21,387 nt of DNA from Candidatus Fraserbacteria bacterium (GCA_037446135.1 JBBIJD010000011.1:1-21387), one strand, 5' to 3'. Shown: positions 9,010 through 16,766, counted from the first letter of the stretch. Notes: generated by a model from the letters alone, not told the origin. Numbers and translations: made by a program.

Positions 9010-9034
9010 TAGACCGATCAAATTAGTCAAGTTT
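9010..9034 (-). promoter_or_regulatory. Putative Rrf2 (IscR type-1-like) operator
   Basis: Minus strand AAACTTGACTAATTTGATCGGTCTA matches the recalled IscR type-1 consensus ATASYYGACTRWWWYAGTCRRSTAT at 18/25 positions by hand. It is an AT-rich patch between rrf2 and pstS. Confidence 0.6.
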
Positions 9035-9042
9035 GAGGGATA

Positions 9043-9465
9043 TTACCCGAGCCCCTTGCTCTTCCGGCAGAGGTCAGCGAGAGTGGTAGTATCGAGGATC
9101 TCCGCCACGGCGTCCCGAACATTGAGCAGGACCAAATACAGGCCGCGGTAGCGCTCCTCCTGCTTGATCATCTCCCGCGGGCCTTGAGCGTCCTGGAAGG
9201 GGGCTAAGGGGCCGTCGATGAGCCGGATCACCTCCCCGAGGGTGATCTCCTCCGGGGGGCGCTTCAGTTGATAGCCCCCCTCGATCCCCCTTCGGCTCTC
9301 CAAGATCCCAGCGTTCTTGAGGGTGATCAGGATCTGCTCGAGGAAGCTCTTGGGAATCTGGCCATTCTCGGCGATCTCCTGTGAGGGCTCGACGCCATTC
9401 CCGTAATGGAAGGCCAGGTCCATCAAGGCCCGCAGTGCATACTCGCCCTTCTTCGAGAGCTTCAT
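9043..9465 (-). CDS. Rrf2 family transcriptional regulator (IscR/CymR-like, lacking Fe-S cysteine triad)
   Basis: MKLSKKGEYALRAL..LA, IP..FLEQIL..LK.AG..ESRRG..GGY.L.RPPEEITLGEVIRLIDGPLAP and TTLADL; only one Cys, near the C-terminus. Confidence 0.93.
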   Translation of the reverse strand: MKLSKKGEYALRALMDLAFHYGNGVEPSQEIAENGQIPKSFLEQILITLKNAGILESRRGIEGGYQLKRPPEEITLGEVIRLIDGPLAPFQDAQGPREMIKQEERYRGLYLVLLNVRDAVAEILDTTTLADLCRKSKGLG

Positions 9466-9471
9466 CGTCTC

Positions 9472-9502
9472 AATCTATAGCCGGGGGCGGGGGGCAGGTC
9501 AA
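9472..9502 (-). promoter_or_regulatory. Putative promoter for a leaderless rrf2 transcript
   Basis: TTGACC (9502-9497) and TAGATT (9477-9472) with a long 19-nt spacer; ATG follows 6 nt after the -10, with no SD. Confidence 0.4.
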
Positions 9503-9511
9503 CCCCGGAGG

Positions 9512-9540
9512 TTGAATGGCCGCGGCTGATCCGCTATAAT
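9512..9540 (+). promoter_or_regulatory. sigma70 promoter of tRNA-Thr
   Basis: TTGAAT-17 nt-TATAAT, ending 11 nt before the tRNA. Confidence 0.8.
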
Positions 9541-9551
9541 CCCCCTTGCAA

Positions 9552-9627
9552 GCCGGTGTAGCTCAGCAGGTAGAGCGGCGGTTTCGTAAACCGTAGGTCG
9601 GAGGTTCGAATCCTCTCGCCGGCTCCA
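9552..9627 (+). tRNA. tRNA-Thr(CGT)
   Basis: Acceptor stem GCCGGTG/CGCCGGC, D arm GCTC..GAGC, anticodon arm GCGGT-ttCGTaa-ACCGT, T loop GTTCGAATC and encoded CCA; 76 nt. Confidence 0.97.
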
Positions 9628-9728
9628 GCCCGCTGATCCTCATCACCACTCCATCTGATCGGAGTCATGGAACTCCCCAATCAGCGGGCCTATCATAAAA
9701 CCAGAAGCGATCTGATCGAGGAGGGATG

Positions 9729-10316
9729 ATGCTGGAGATCAGGTGGCATGCCCGGGGTGGCCAGGGGGCCAAGACGGCCTCTCAGATCCTGGCCCTAGCG
9801 GCCCTCGCGCAAGGGAACTATGTCCAGGCCTTCCCGGAGTATGGGCCCGAACGGAGCGGCGCACCGATGAAGGCCTTCAATCGGATCGATGAGAGGAAGA
9901 TCCGGATCCACTACAACATCTACGAGCCGGATGTGGTCGTGGTGGTCGATGACTCGCTCCTCAGCTCCGCGAGCGCCAATGTGATCGACGGGCTCAAGCC
10001 GGAGGGGACCTTGCTCGTGAATACCAAGGCCTCTCCGGAGGAGGTCCGCCGCCGGACCGGCTTCCCGGGGAAGATCATGACGATCGACGCTGACGAGATC
10101 GCTGCACGGACCGGTGTAGGCTATGCCAATATCCCGACGCTGGGGGCCCTCGCCCGGGCGATCGACTTCCCCCTCGAGCTGATCGGTGAGGAGCTGAAGA
10201 AGACCCTGGGGAAGAAGACTCCTGAGAAGACTGTCCAGGCCAACCTCAAGGCTCTCCAGGAGGGCTATGAGCGGCTGAGCGTGAACGGAGGAGGCCAGAT
10301 TGTTCAAGAGCTATAG
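9729..10316 (+). CDS. porC: Pyruvate/2-oxoacid:ferredoxin oxidoreductase gamma subunit
   Basis: EIRWHARGGQGAKTA, QAFPEYGPERSGAPM.AFNRI and EPDVVVVVD. Tandem ATGs at 9726 and 9729 follow SD GAGGAGG. Confidence 0.92.
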   Translation: MLEIRWHARGGQGAKTASQILALAALAQGNYVQAFPEYGPERSGAPMKAFNRIDERKIRIHYNIYEPDVVVVVDDSLLSSASANVIDGLKPEGTLLVNTKASPEEVRRRTGFPGKIMTIDADEIAARTGVGYANIPTLGALARAIDFPLELIGEELKKTLGKKTPEKTVQANLKALQEGYERLSVNGGGQIVQEL

Positions 10317-10671
10317 GGCCCTCCCGCTCGGGGGTGTGATTCAGGCCACTCCCGACCGGGCGAAGAAGAAGACCGGAGACTGGCGGGAGGAGAAGCCGGT
10401 CTGGGATGAAGGGAAGTGCGTCAACTGCCTCCTCTGCTGGGTCCGCTGCCCCGAGGCAGCAATCCTGACGGAGGAAGAGGAGATGGCCGGGTTCGACTAC
10501 GACTACTGCAAGGGGTGCGGGATCTGCGCTCATACCTGCCCGACGGAGGCGATCGAGATGGTCCCCGAAGAGGAGGAGGTCCCCAAGCCCGAGCCTGAGC
10601 GCGAGCGAGCGGGTGCGGCTCAAGGCCGAGGGGCGGGGCGAGGGAGGCGAGATGGCAGCAAGAGTGAGTGA
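10300..10671 (+). CDS. porD: Pyruvate/2-oxoacid:ferredoxin oxidoreductase delta subunit (2x[4Fe-4S])
   Basis: TGDWR..KP, CVNCLLCW..CPE and DYDYCKGCGICA..CP. TTG start after SD GGAGGAGG. Confidence 0.92.
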   Translation: MFKSYRALPLGGVIQATPDRAKKKTGDWREEKPVWDEGKCVNCLLCWVRCPEAAILTEEEEMAGFDYDYCKGCGICAHTCPTEAIEMVPEEEEVPKPEPERERAGAAQGRGAGRGRRDGSKSE

Positions 10672-11836
10672 GCGGCTCCAGGTCCTCACCGGCCACCAGG
10701 CGGTAGCCGAGGCGATGCGCCAGATCGAGCCGGATGTCGTGGCCGCATACCCGATCACTCCCCAGTCGGAGATCATGCACTACTTCGCGGAGTTCGTGGC
10801 CAATGGGAAGGTCCGGACCGAGCTGATCACGGTGGAGTCGGAGCATTCGGCGATGTCGGCCTGCATTGGGGCTGCGGTCGCCGGGGCTAGGACGATGACC
10901 GCCACCGCCAGCCAGGGGCTGGCCCTGATGATCGAGATGGTCTACATCGCCTCCGCGATGCGCTGTCCGATCGTCATGGCCATTGCCAACCGGGCCCTCT
11001 CCGGGCCGATCAACATTCACTGCGACCACTCCGATGCCATGCTCGGGCGGGATGCGGGCGTGGCTCAGCTCTTCGCCGAGGATGCCCAGGAGGCCTACGA
11101 CTTCATGGTCATGGCCCCGAGGATCGCCGAGCATGAAGATGTTTTATTACCGGTCTGGGTCAACCTCGACGGGTTCACCCTGACCCATACGGCCGATGTG
11201 GTCGAGCTCCTCGAGGACGAGCTGGTGAGAGAGTTCGTTGGGGAATACCGGCCGAAGTATCCTTTGCTCGATGTGGATCATCCCACGACCCAGGGGCCGT
11301 TCGCTCTCCCAGAGTATTATTTCGAGCTGAAGCGCCAGCAGGTCGACGCCATCAACAGTGTCCCGCGGGTCCTCCAGGAGGTCCAGGCCGAATTCGCCAG
11401 GCTCTCGGGCCGAGAATATCAGGGCTTCTTCGAGCCATATTATCTGGATGATGCCGAATACGCCATGGTAGTGATGGGCTCGACGGCCGGGACGGCCAAG
11501 GAGGCCGTCGACCGCCTGAGGGAGCGAGGAGAGAGGGTCGGGCTGCTCAAGCTCTGGCTCTTCCGCCCCTTCCCCCGAGAAGAGGTGGCCACGGCCCTGG
11601 AGGGTAAGGAGGCAGTGGCGGTCCTAGATCGGGCCTTCTCTTTAGGGAGCTATGGACCGCTCTTCCTCGAGGTCAGCTCGGCCCTCTACGAGTCAGAAAG
11701 GAGGCCACGGCTCTACAACTACACCTACGGCCTCGGCGGGCGGGACACCACTGCCTCCCAGCTCGAGGCGGTCTTCCGCCAGATCCGGGACGAGCACCTG
11801 AGCAAGGAGATGCATTACATCAACCTGAGGGAGTGA
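10652..11836 (+). CDS. porA: Pyruvate/2-oxoacid:ferredoxin oxidoreductase alpha subunit
   Basis: AAYPITPQ, VESEHSAMSACIGA, TATASQGL, NRALSGPINIHCDH and GLGGRD. SD GGAGG precedes ATG 10652. Confidence 0.94.
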   Translation: MAARVSERLQVLTGHQAVAEAMRQIEPDVVAAYPITPQSEIMHYFAEFVANGKVRTELITVESEHSAMSACIGAAVAGARTMTATASQGLALMIEMVYIASAMRCPIVMAIANRALSGPINIHCDHSDAMLGRDAGVAQLFAEDAQEAYDFMVMAPRIAEHEDVLLPVWVNLDGFTLTHTADVVELLEDELVREFVGEYRPKYPLLDVDHPTTQGPFALPEYYFELKRQQVDAINSVPRVLQEVQAEFARLSGREYQGFFEPYYLDDAEYAMVVMGSTAGTAKEAVDRLRERGERVGLLKLWLFRPFPREEVATALEGKEAVAVLDRAFSLGSYGPLFLEVSSALYESERRPRLYNYTYGLGGRDTTASQLEAVFRQIRDEHLSKEMHYINLRE

Positions 11837-11839
11837 GAA

Positions 11840-12784
11840 TTGGCTAATATCAAGACCTTAGCGAGGCGTGAGGAGAAGCAGCTCCGGTTCGGCTGGGGCC
11901 ATGCCCTCTGCGCCGGCTGCGGGATCCCCATCGTCGTCCGGACGGTCCTCAATTCGATCGAGGGGCCGGTCGTGGTGGCCAATGCCACCGGCTGCCTCGA
12001 GGTGGCCACGACCCTCTTCCCCTATACCGCTTGGAATGTCCCCTGGGTCCACACCGCCTTCGAGAACGCCGCGGCCACGATCTCCGGGGTCGAGACGGCC
12101 TACCGGGTCCTGAAGAAGAGGGGGAAGATCGCCAAGGAGATCAGGTTCGTCGCCTTCGGCGGTGACGGCGGGACCTACGACATCGGCTTGCAGGCCCTCT
12201 CGGGAGCCTTAGAGCGGGGCCATCGCTTCCTCTATGTCTGCTACGACAATGAGGCCTACATGAACACCGGGATCCAGCGGTCGAGCGCTACGCCTTTAGG
12301 GGCCTTCGCCACCACCGAGCCCCCGGGGAAGACGAGCTTCGGGAAGCACCGTCACCGGAAGGACCTCACCCAGATCGTCATCGGCCATCATATCCCCTAT
12401 GTGGCTCAAGCTTCGATCTCTCACTGGCAAGACCTCTCGCGGAAGGTCGAGCGGGCGATCGCGAAAGACGGGCCGAGCTTCATCAATGTGATGTCTACCT
12501 GCTTCCGCGGCTGGAGATTTGAGGCGAAGCTGACCACCGAGATCGCCCGCCTCGCGGTCGAATCCCGCTTCTGGCCCCTCTACGAGGTCGATGAGGGGGA
12601 GTGGCGGCTCAACTATCTCCCGGAGGAGCCGCTCGATGTGCGGGACTGGCTCAAGCTCCAGGGGCGATTCGCTCACCTCTTCCGCCCAGAGGAGAAGAAG
12701 GAAGTGATCGCACAGATCCAGGCGGAGGTCGATCGCCAGTGGGAGGAGCTCCTCGCGCGCTGCAAGGTCGTCCCAACTGTCTGA
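11840..12784 (+). CDS. porB: Pyruvate/2-oxoacid:ferredoxin oxidoreductase beta subunit (TPP-binding)
   Basis: GH.LCAGCG, ATGCLEV, AFENAAA..SG, GGDGGTYDIGLQALSGALERG and YDNEAYMNTGIQRS. Confidence 0.94.
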   Translation: MANIKTLARREEKQLRFGWGHALCAGCGIPIVVRTVLNSIEGPVVVANATGCLEVATTLFPYTAWNVPWVHTAFENAAATISGVETAYRVLKKRGKIAKEIRFVAFGGDGGTYDIGLQALSGALERGHRFLYVCYDNEAYMNTGIQRSSATPLGAFATTEPPGKTSFGKHRHRKDLTQIVIGHHIPYVAQASISHWQDLSRKVERAIAKDGPSFINVMSTCFRGWRFEAKLTTEIARLAVESRFWPLYEVDEGEWRLNYLPEEPLDVRDWLKLQGRFAHLFRPEEKKEVIAQIQAEVDRQWEELLARCKVVPTV

Positions 12785-12790
12785 CCTGAG

Positions 12791-13651
12791 TTGACCGAGC
12801 TGATCCCCGGCCTGTGGCTTGCCCAGAGCCGGCTCTATGCTATGAATAGCGGGCTCTTCCTCAGTGAGGGGAGGGCCTGCCTCATCGATCCGGGGATCTT
12901 CCCCGAGGAGATCGAAGAGATTAAGCGATTCCTCCTCGATCGGCAAGCCGAACCCCAGGCAATCGTCCTTACTCATAGCCACTGGGATCACCTCCTCGGG
13001 CCGGAGCGGTTCCCCGGGGTTCAGGTGATCGCCCAGGCCAATTATCTGAAGGAGACGAGCGGCGGGCGGGCCGAGGACCTCCTCTGGCAGATCGAAGAAT
13101 GGGAGGAGGAATACGGCCTCGAGCGGGAGAAGCCCTTCGTCATCCCCCAACCTGATAAGACCTTTAAAAGGAGGCTGACCTTGAAGCTCGGCGGGCTTGA
13201 GCTCCGGCTGGTCCATGCCCCGGGCCATGCCGCGGACCATCTGGTGGTCTATGAGCCCGGGAGCAAGGCCCTCTGGGCCGGGGACATGCTGAGCGACTTG
13301 GAGATCCCGTTCGTCAGCCAGAGCCTGGCGGCCTACCAGGGAACGCTGGAAATGATCTCCAGATTAGAGGTCCGGGCCTTGGTCCCCGGCCATGGCCATC
13401 CCACCACCTCCGCGGAGGAGATCCAAAGGCGGATCGCCGAGGACCTTGCCTACTTGAGGGAGTTGAGAGAGAGGGTCTCCCGAGCGGTCGCTCAGGGACT
13501 GAATGTGGGTGAGGCGGTCAGATCCTGCCTGGACATGGACTATCGCCATCCTGAGGAGAACCTCGGACCGCACCGGCTCAATGTCGAGTCCGTCTACCTC
13601 GAGCTCGGCGGAGTGGCCGACCGGACGAAGGTGGGCTGGAACCGACTCTGA
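12791..13651 (+). CDS. MBL-fold metallo-hydrolase
   Basis: LIDPG, THSHWDH (HxHxDH), PGHAADH, AGD and PGHG. Confidence 0.9.
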   Translation: MTELIPGLWLAQSRLYAMNSGLFLSEGRACLIDPGIFPEEIEEIKRFLLDRQAEPQAIVLTHSHWDHLLGPERFPGVQVIAQANYLKETSGGRAEDLLWQIEEWEEEYGLEREKPFVIPQPDKTFKRRLTLKLGGLELRLVHAPGHAADHLVVYEPGSKALWAGDMLSDLEIPFVSQSLAAYQGTLEMISRLEVRALVPGHGHPTTSAEEIQRRIAEDLAYLRELRERVSRAVAQGLNVGEAVRSCLDMDYRHPEENLGPHRLNVESVYLELGGVADRTKVGWNRL

Positions 13652-13657
13652 CCTGAC

Positions 13658-14806
13658 TCAAAGCCAGCTTGCGCAAGTCCCGGGGGCCGCGCCCGGCTCT
13701 CGAGTGGTGATGAGTGAGACGAGTGGACTGGCACCCCGCCCGGGCTCCACTCTCACCCTCTCGGTGGCCACCAGCTCGCCCTCGACTAGGACCTCGATTC
13801 GATAATATTCCTCCTCCCTAGTGGTCGGCTGGAGCCGGAACGGCGGGGTCAGGCCGAGCGCGTCGGTGCAGGCACTCGCCCAGGGGAGTCCGGTATGAGT
13901 ATAGACGATCACGAGCGCATTGGGGAGCGGGGTCGTCCCCCCGGAGAAGAAGACCCTCACCTGTTGCTCTCTTGCGGGGATGAGCGTGAGCTTGAGCTCA
14001 TATTGGCCGGCTGTCGCGAGGGTCGTCTCCTCGCTCTTCCCGGAGTAGATCCCCCCAAGATAGGCCTCGGCGAAGTAGCGATGGCCGAGCTCGATCGGCC
14101 AACTCCCGCAGCCATCCTGGAGCTGGCTCGGGGAAAGCTGCCCGAATGGCCGCCCGTCCTGATAGAGGTGAATCTCCGGAAGCTCCGCTCCGGACGAGAG
14201 CTTGGCCCCGGAGTCCTGGTAGAGGCAGACCCTCAGGAGCGTCGGTGCAGGAGAGGGCTCAGATGAGAGCCCGCCCAGCGGCCGCTTGTGCCAGGGGATG
14301 AACCCGAGGAAGGCGTCAGCGATCAGGACGATCGCCACAACAGCGGCTAGGCCGATCAGCCAGCTAAACTTCTTCCAGACTATCGCCACAGCCATATTCT
14401 GCCGTAGTTCTCCTGAGGTGGGCAAGTCTTGTCTCGCTCGAGGCCTGACCATTAGCCTGATCCCATCGGTCGCACGGACCTCGACCTCCGTTCCGACGGG
14501 GATCGGGAGGCCCTCACCCCTTGCCCGCCAGAGCTCGCCCCGGACCTTCACATAGCCCTCGGGATTGAGAGGGTCTACGACAAAGCCTTGCTCCCCGATC
14601 AGGCTCTCCAGCCCGGTGTAGATCGGCTGCTTGGCCGAGCGGCGGACCGAGGGATAAACCAAGATGAATTTGAGGAGCTTCCCCGCGGGGATGGCCACGG
14701 CGAGCCAGAGCGGGATCCGGATAAATTGGGCGAGCACCACGATGAAGGTGATGAGCCCCGCAAGCTCGCCTAGCTCGAGGAGGACATAGGCCCGGATGCT
14801 GCGCAT
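13658..14806 (-). CDS. Membrane protein: N-terminal NfeD-like (OB-fold) domain fused to a membrane-anchored beta-rich domain
   Basis: TM helices then TGLESLIGEQG.VV.PL.PEGYVKVRGELWRAR....IPVG.EVEV....GIRL.V (NfeD C-terminal-type domain), a further TM segment and a beta-rich region. SD GGAG upstream. Confidence 0.65.
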   Translation of the reverse strand: MRSIRAYVLLELGELAGLITFIVVLAQFIRIPLWLAVAIPAGKLLKFILVYPSVRRSAKQPIYTGLESLIGEQGFVVDPLNPEGYVKVRGELWRARGEGLPIPVGTEVEVRATDGIRLMVRPRARQDLPTSGELRQNMAVAIVWKKFSWLIGLAAVVAIVLIADAFLGFIPWHKRPLGGLSSEPSPAPTLLRVCLYQDSGAKLSSGAELPEIHLYQDGRPFGQLSPSQLQDGCGSWPIELGHRYFAEAYLGGIYSGKSEETTLATAGQYELKLTLIPAREQQVRVFFSGGTTPLPNALVIVYTHTGLPWASACTDALGLTPPFRLQPTTREEEYYRIEVLVEGELVATERVRVEPGRGASPLVSLITTREPGAAPGTCASWL

Positions 14807-14871
14807 CTCCTTCCTTTCCGCCCCAAGCTTGCGGGAAAAGCGGGCAGGGGTGCAACTCCCCCCGGCCGGGG

Positions 14872-14915
14872 TTGCCGCTCTGGGGCTTTTATGCTATAAT
14901 GCGCCATGACGCATT
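14872..14915 (+). promoter_or_regulatory. sigma70 promoter with overlapping ArsR-type operator palindrome
   Basis: TTGCCG (14872-14877)-17 nt-TATAAT (14895-14900) with a TG extension. The palindrome AATGCGcCATGaCGCATT (14898-14915) covers the -10 and the likely start site. Confidence 0.75.
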
Positions 14916-14931
14916 GATGCAGGAGGTGGAG

Positions 14932-15309
14932 ATGGACGGACGCTACGAGCGAGAGGCGGAGTTCTTCCTGGCCTTAGGCCATCCGGTCCGTCTGCGGCTC
15001 CTGGAGCTCCTGGCGGGCGGGGGCCGCTGTGCCTGCGAGCTCGAGTCGGAGCTGAGCCTCGATCAGTCCACGATCTCGCGGCACCTTCTGACCTTGAAGC
15101 GGGCCGGGATGTTGAAGGCCACAAAGGACGGGGTCCGGGTGATCTACGAGTTGGCCGATGAGCGGGTGCTTCAGATCCTGAGTCTGGTCTCGGAGGTGAT
15201 CATCGCCTCGATGAGCGAGCAGCTCGCGGTCCTGAAGGCCCGGGGGAGGCTCCAGCCTGGGCCTAGCCGGGACCATCATGGGTTGAGTTTAAAGGAGCGC
15301 GAACGATGA
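14932..15309 (+). CDS. arsR: ArsR/SmtB family metalloregulator
   Basis: F.ALGHPVRLRLLELL..G.RCACEL...L.LDQSTISRHL..LK.AG. SD AGGAGG precedes ATG 14932. Confidence 0.9.
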   Translation: MDGRYEREAEFFLALGHPVRLRLLELLAGGGRCACELESELSLDQSTISRHLLTLKRAGMLKATKDGVRVIYELADERVLQILSLVSEVIIASMSEQLAVLKARGRLQPGPSRDHHGLSLKERER

Positions 15310-16397
15310 CCTGGTGGGAAGTGATCCTAGCCGGCTTCCTGGCCTTGAAGGAGTATATCGCTCTGCATGTGGTCACCTGCCTGATCCCGGCCTTCTTGCT
15401 CGCCGGGGCGATGGTGACCTTCATCTCGAGGGAGGCGATCGTCCGCTACATGGGCGCGGCGGCGAGCAAGCTCCGCTCATTCGCCCTCTCCGCCGGGGGG
15501 AGCTTCTTCGTCGCCGCCTGCTCTTGCACAGTGATCCCGGTCGCAAGCGGGCTATACTACGGGGGCGCGGGGGTCGGCCCGGCCTTCATCCTCCTCTGGG
15601 TGGCCCCGGCGGCCAACATCCTGGCCCTGGTTTACACCGGGGCTATCCTCGGCTCGGAGATCGTGGCAGTGAGGATCGTGGCTGCGCTGCTCATGGCCTT
15701 CATCGTCGGCTGGGCCATGAGCCTGGCCTTCCGCCGGGAAGAGCGGAGCCGGGCTCAGGCCTCGAGCCCGGGCAACCCTGGGGCCGAGGTGGGGACGGCG
15801 GCCGCGGTCAAGGCCAAGCCCAAGATCATGAAGCGGAGCGATATCGTCCTGCTCCTTTTGCTTGTTCTCGCCCTGCTTGCCCCGAACTACATCGTCCAGC
15901 ACGGACCTTATTCCTACAAGGTGCTCGTCTGGGCCATTGGGATGGCCATTGTGTTCGGCTACGCTTTCCTGGCCAAGGAGCGAGAGGAGATCGTCCGTTG
16001 GATGAAAGAGACCTGGTGGTTCGTCCGGCTGATCTTCCCGCTCCTTTTGGGCGGGGTCTTCGTGGTGGGGATCATCGGCGCGCTCCTCCCCGAGGCCTGG
16101 GTGAGCGAGTGGCTCGGCGGGGCGAGCCTCCGCTCATCGTTCCTCGCCACCCTCATCGGGGCGGTGAGCTACTTCGCCACGATGACCGAGGCCCCGTTCG
16201 TGCACAAGCTGATGGAGCTGGGGATGGGGGCTGGGCCGGCACTGGCTCTGCTTCTGACCGGCCCGGGGCTCAGCCTCCCCAACTGGCTGGCGATCGCGAG
16301 GGTCTTCGGGGTGAAGAAGGCCCTCGTGTATGTCCCGACGATCATCATTCTCGGGACACTTGTCGGCTGGCTTGCGGGGAATACGATCCTGAAATGA
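15306..16397 (+). CDS. ArsP/DUF318-family permease
   Basis: HVVTCLIPAF..AGA, ACSCTVIP...GLY..GAG.GPA...L..APA.N, YFATMTE.P.V..L...GMG.GPALALLL.GP.LSLPN. ATGA overlap with arsR. Confidence 0.88.
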   Translation: MTWWEVILAGFLALKEYIALHVVTCLIPAFLLAGAMVTFISREAIVRYMGAAASKLRSFALSAGGSFFVAACSCTVIPVASGLYYGGAGVGPAFILLWVAPAANILALVYTGAILGSEIVAVRIVAALLMAFIVGWAMSLAFRREERSRAQASSPGNPGAEVGTAAAVKAKPKIMKRSDIVLLLLLVLALLAPNYIVQHGPYSYKVLVWAIGMAIVFGYAFLAKEREEIVRWMKETWWFVRLIFPLLLGGVFVVGIIGALLPEAWVSEWLGGASLRSSFLATLIGAVSYFATMTEAPFVHKLMELGMGAGPALALLLTGPGLSLPNWLAIARVFGVKKALVYVPTIIILGTLVGWLAGNTILK

Positions 16398-16415
16398 GAA
16401 GGAGGTGCATGAGCG

Positions 16416-16649
16416 ATGAAGATCGAGATCCTAGGGACTGGCTGCCCCAAGTGCAAGGCCACTGAGGAGAATGTTCGAAAAGCTTTGGTGGAGCTCGGCC
16501 TCGAAGCTGAGGTGGAGCACATCTATGATGCCAAGGAATACAGCAAGCGGGGGGTGATGTTCACCCCGGCTTTAGCGATCGACGGCGAGGTCAAAGTGAG
16601 CGGCCACATCCCCTCGGTCGAGGAGATCAAGAGGATGTTGCAGGGATAG
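16416..16649 (+). CDS. Small redox-active disulfide protein (MTH895-like thioredoxin fold)
   Basis: MKIEILGTGCPKC, GVMFTPALAIDGEVK.SG.IPS.EEIK; strong SD AGGAGG. Confidence 0.92.
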   Translation: MKIEILGTGCPKCKATEENVRKALVELGLEAEVEHIYDAKEYSKRGVMFTPALAIDGEVKVSGHIPSVEEIKRMLQG

Positions 16650-16704
16650 GGGCAGAGTGGGGGAGCCGGACAGGTATTATCCCACCCCCTCTCATCCCCC
16701 TGCC

Positions 16705-16748
16705 GGGGCCTCCCGATGGCTTCGCTCCCGAGGCCGCCGGGAGGCCTC
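16705..16748. other. Long GC-rich intergenic hairpin
   Basis: ggcctcccg-at-ggcttcg-ctcc-cgaggcc-gc-cgggaggcc: a 9-bp and a 7-bp stacked stem. Confidence 0.6.
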
Positions 16749-16766
16749 CAAAGGAAAGGAGAAGAG

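Noticed and set aside
9552..9627. tRNA as an integration site for an island
   Set aside because: No integrase and no second copy of the tRNA 3' end were seen; the flanking genes are housekeeping.
14860..14871. Perfect 12-bp palindrome CCCCGGCCGGGG upstream of the ars promoter
   Set aside because: It is all G/C in a GC-rich genome and likely chance; a better operator candidate overlaps the -10.
15314..16465. 383-aa alternative-frame ORF over the permease, and similar long shadow ORFs (8401-9012, 10421-11134, 12296-13240, 18964-19689, 20379-21005)
   Set aside because: They are R/G/P-rich or antisense frames overlapping well-supported genes, as expected in high-GC DNA, and show no recognisable motifs.
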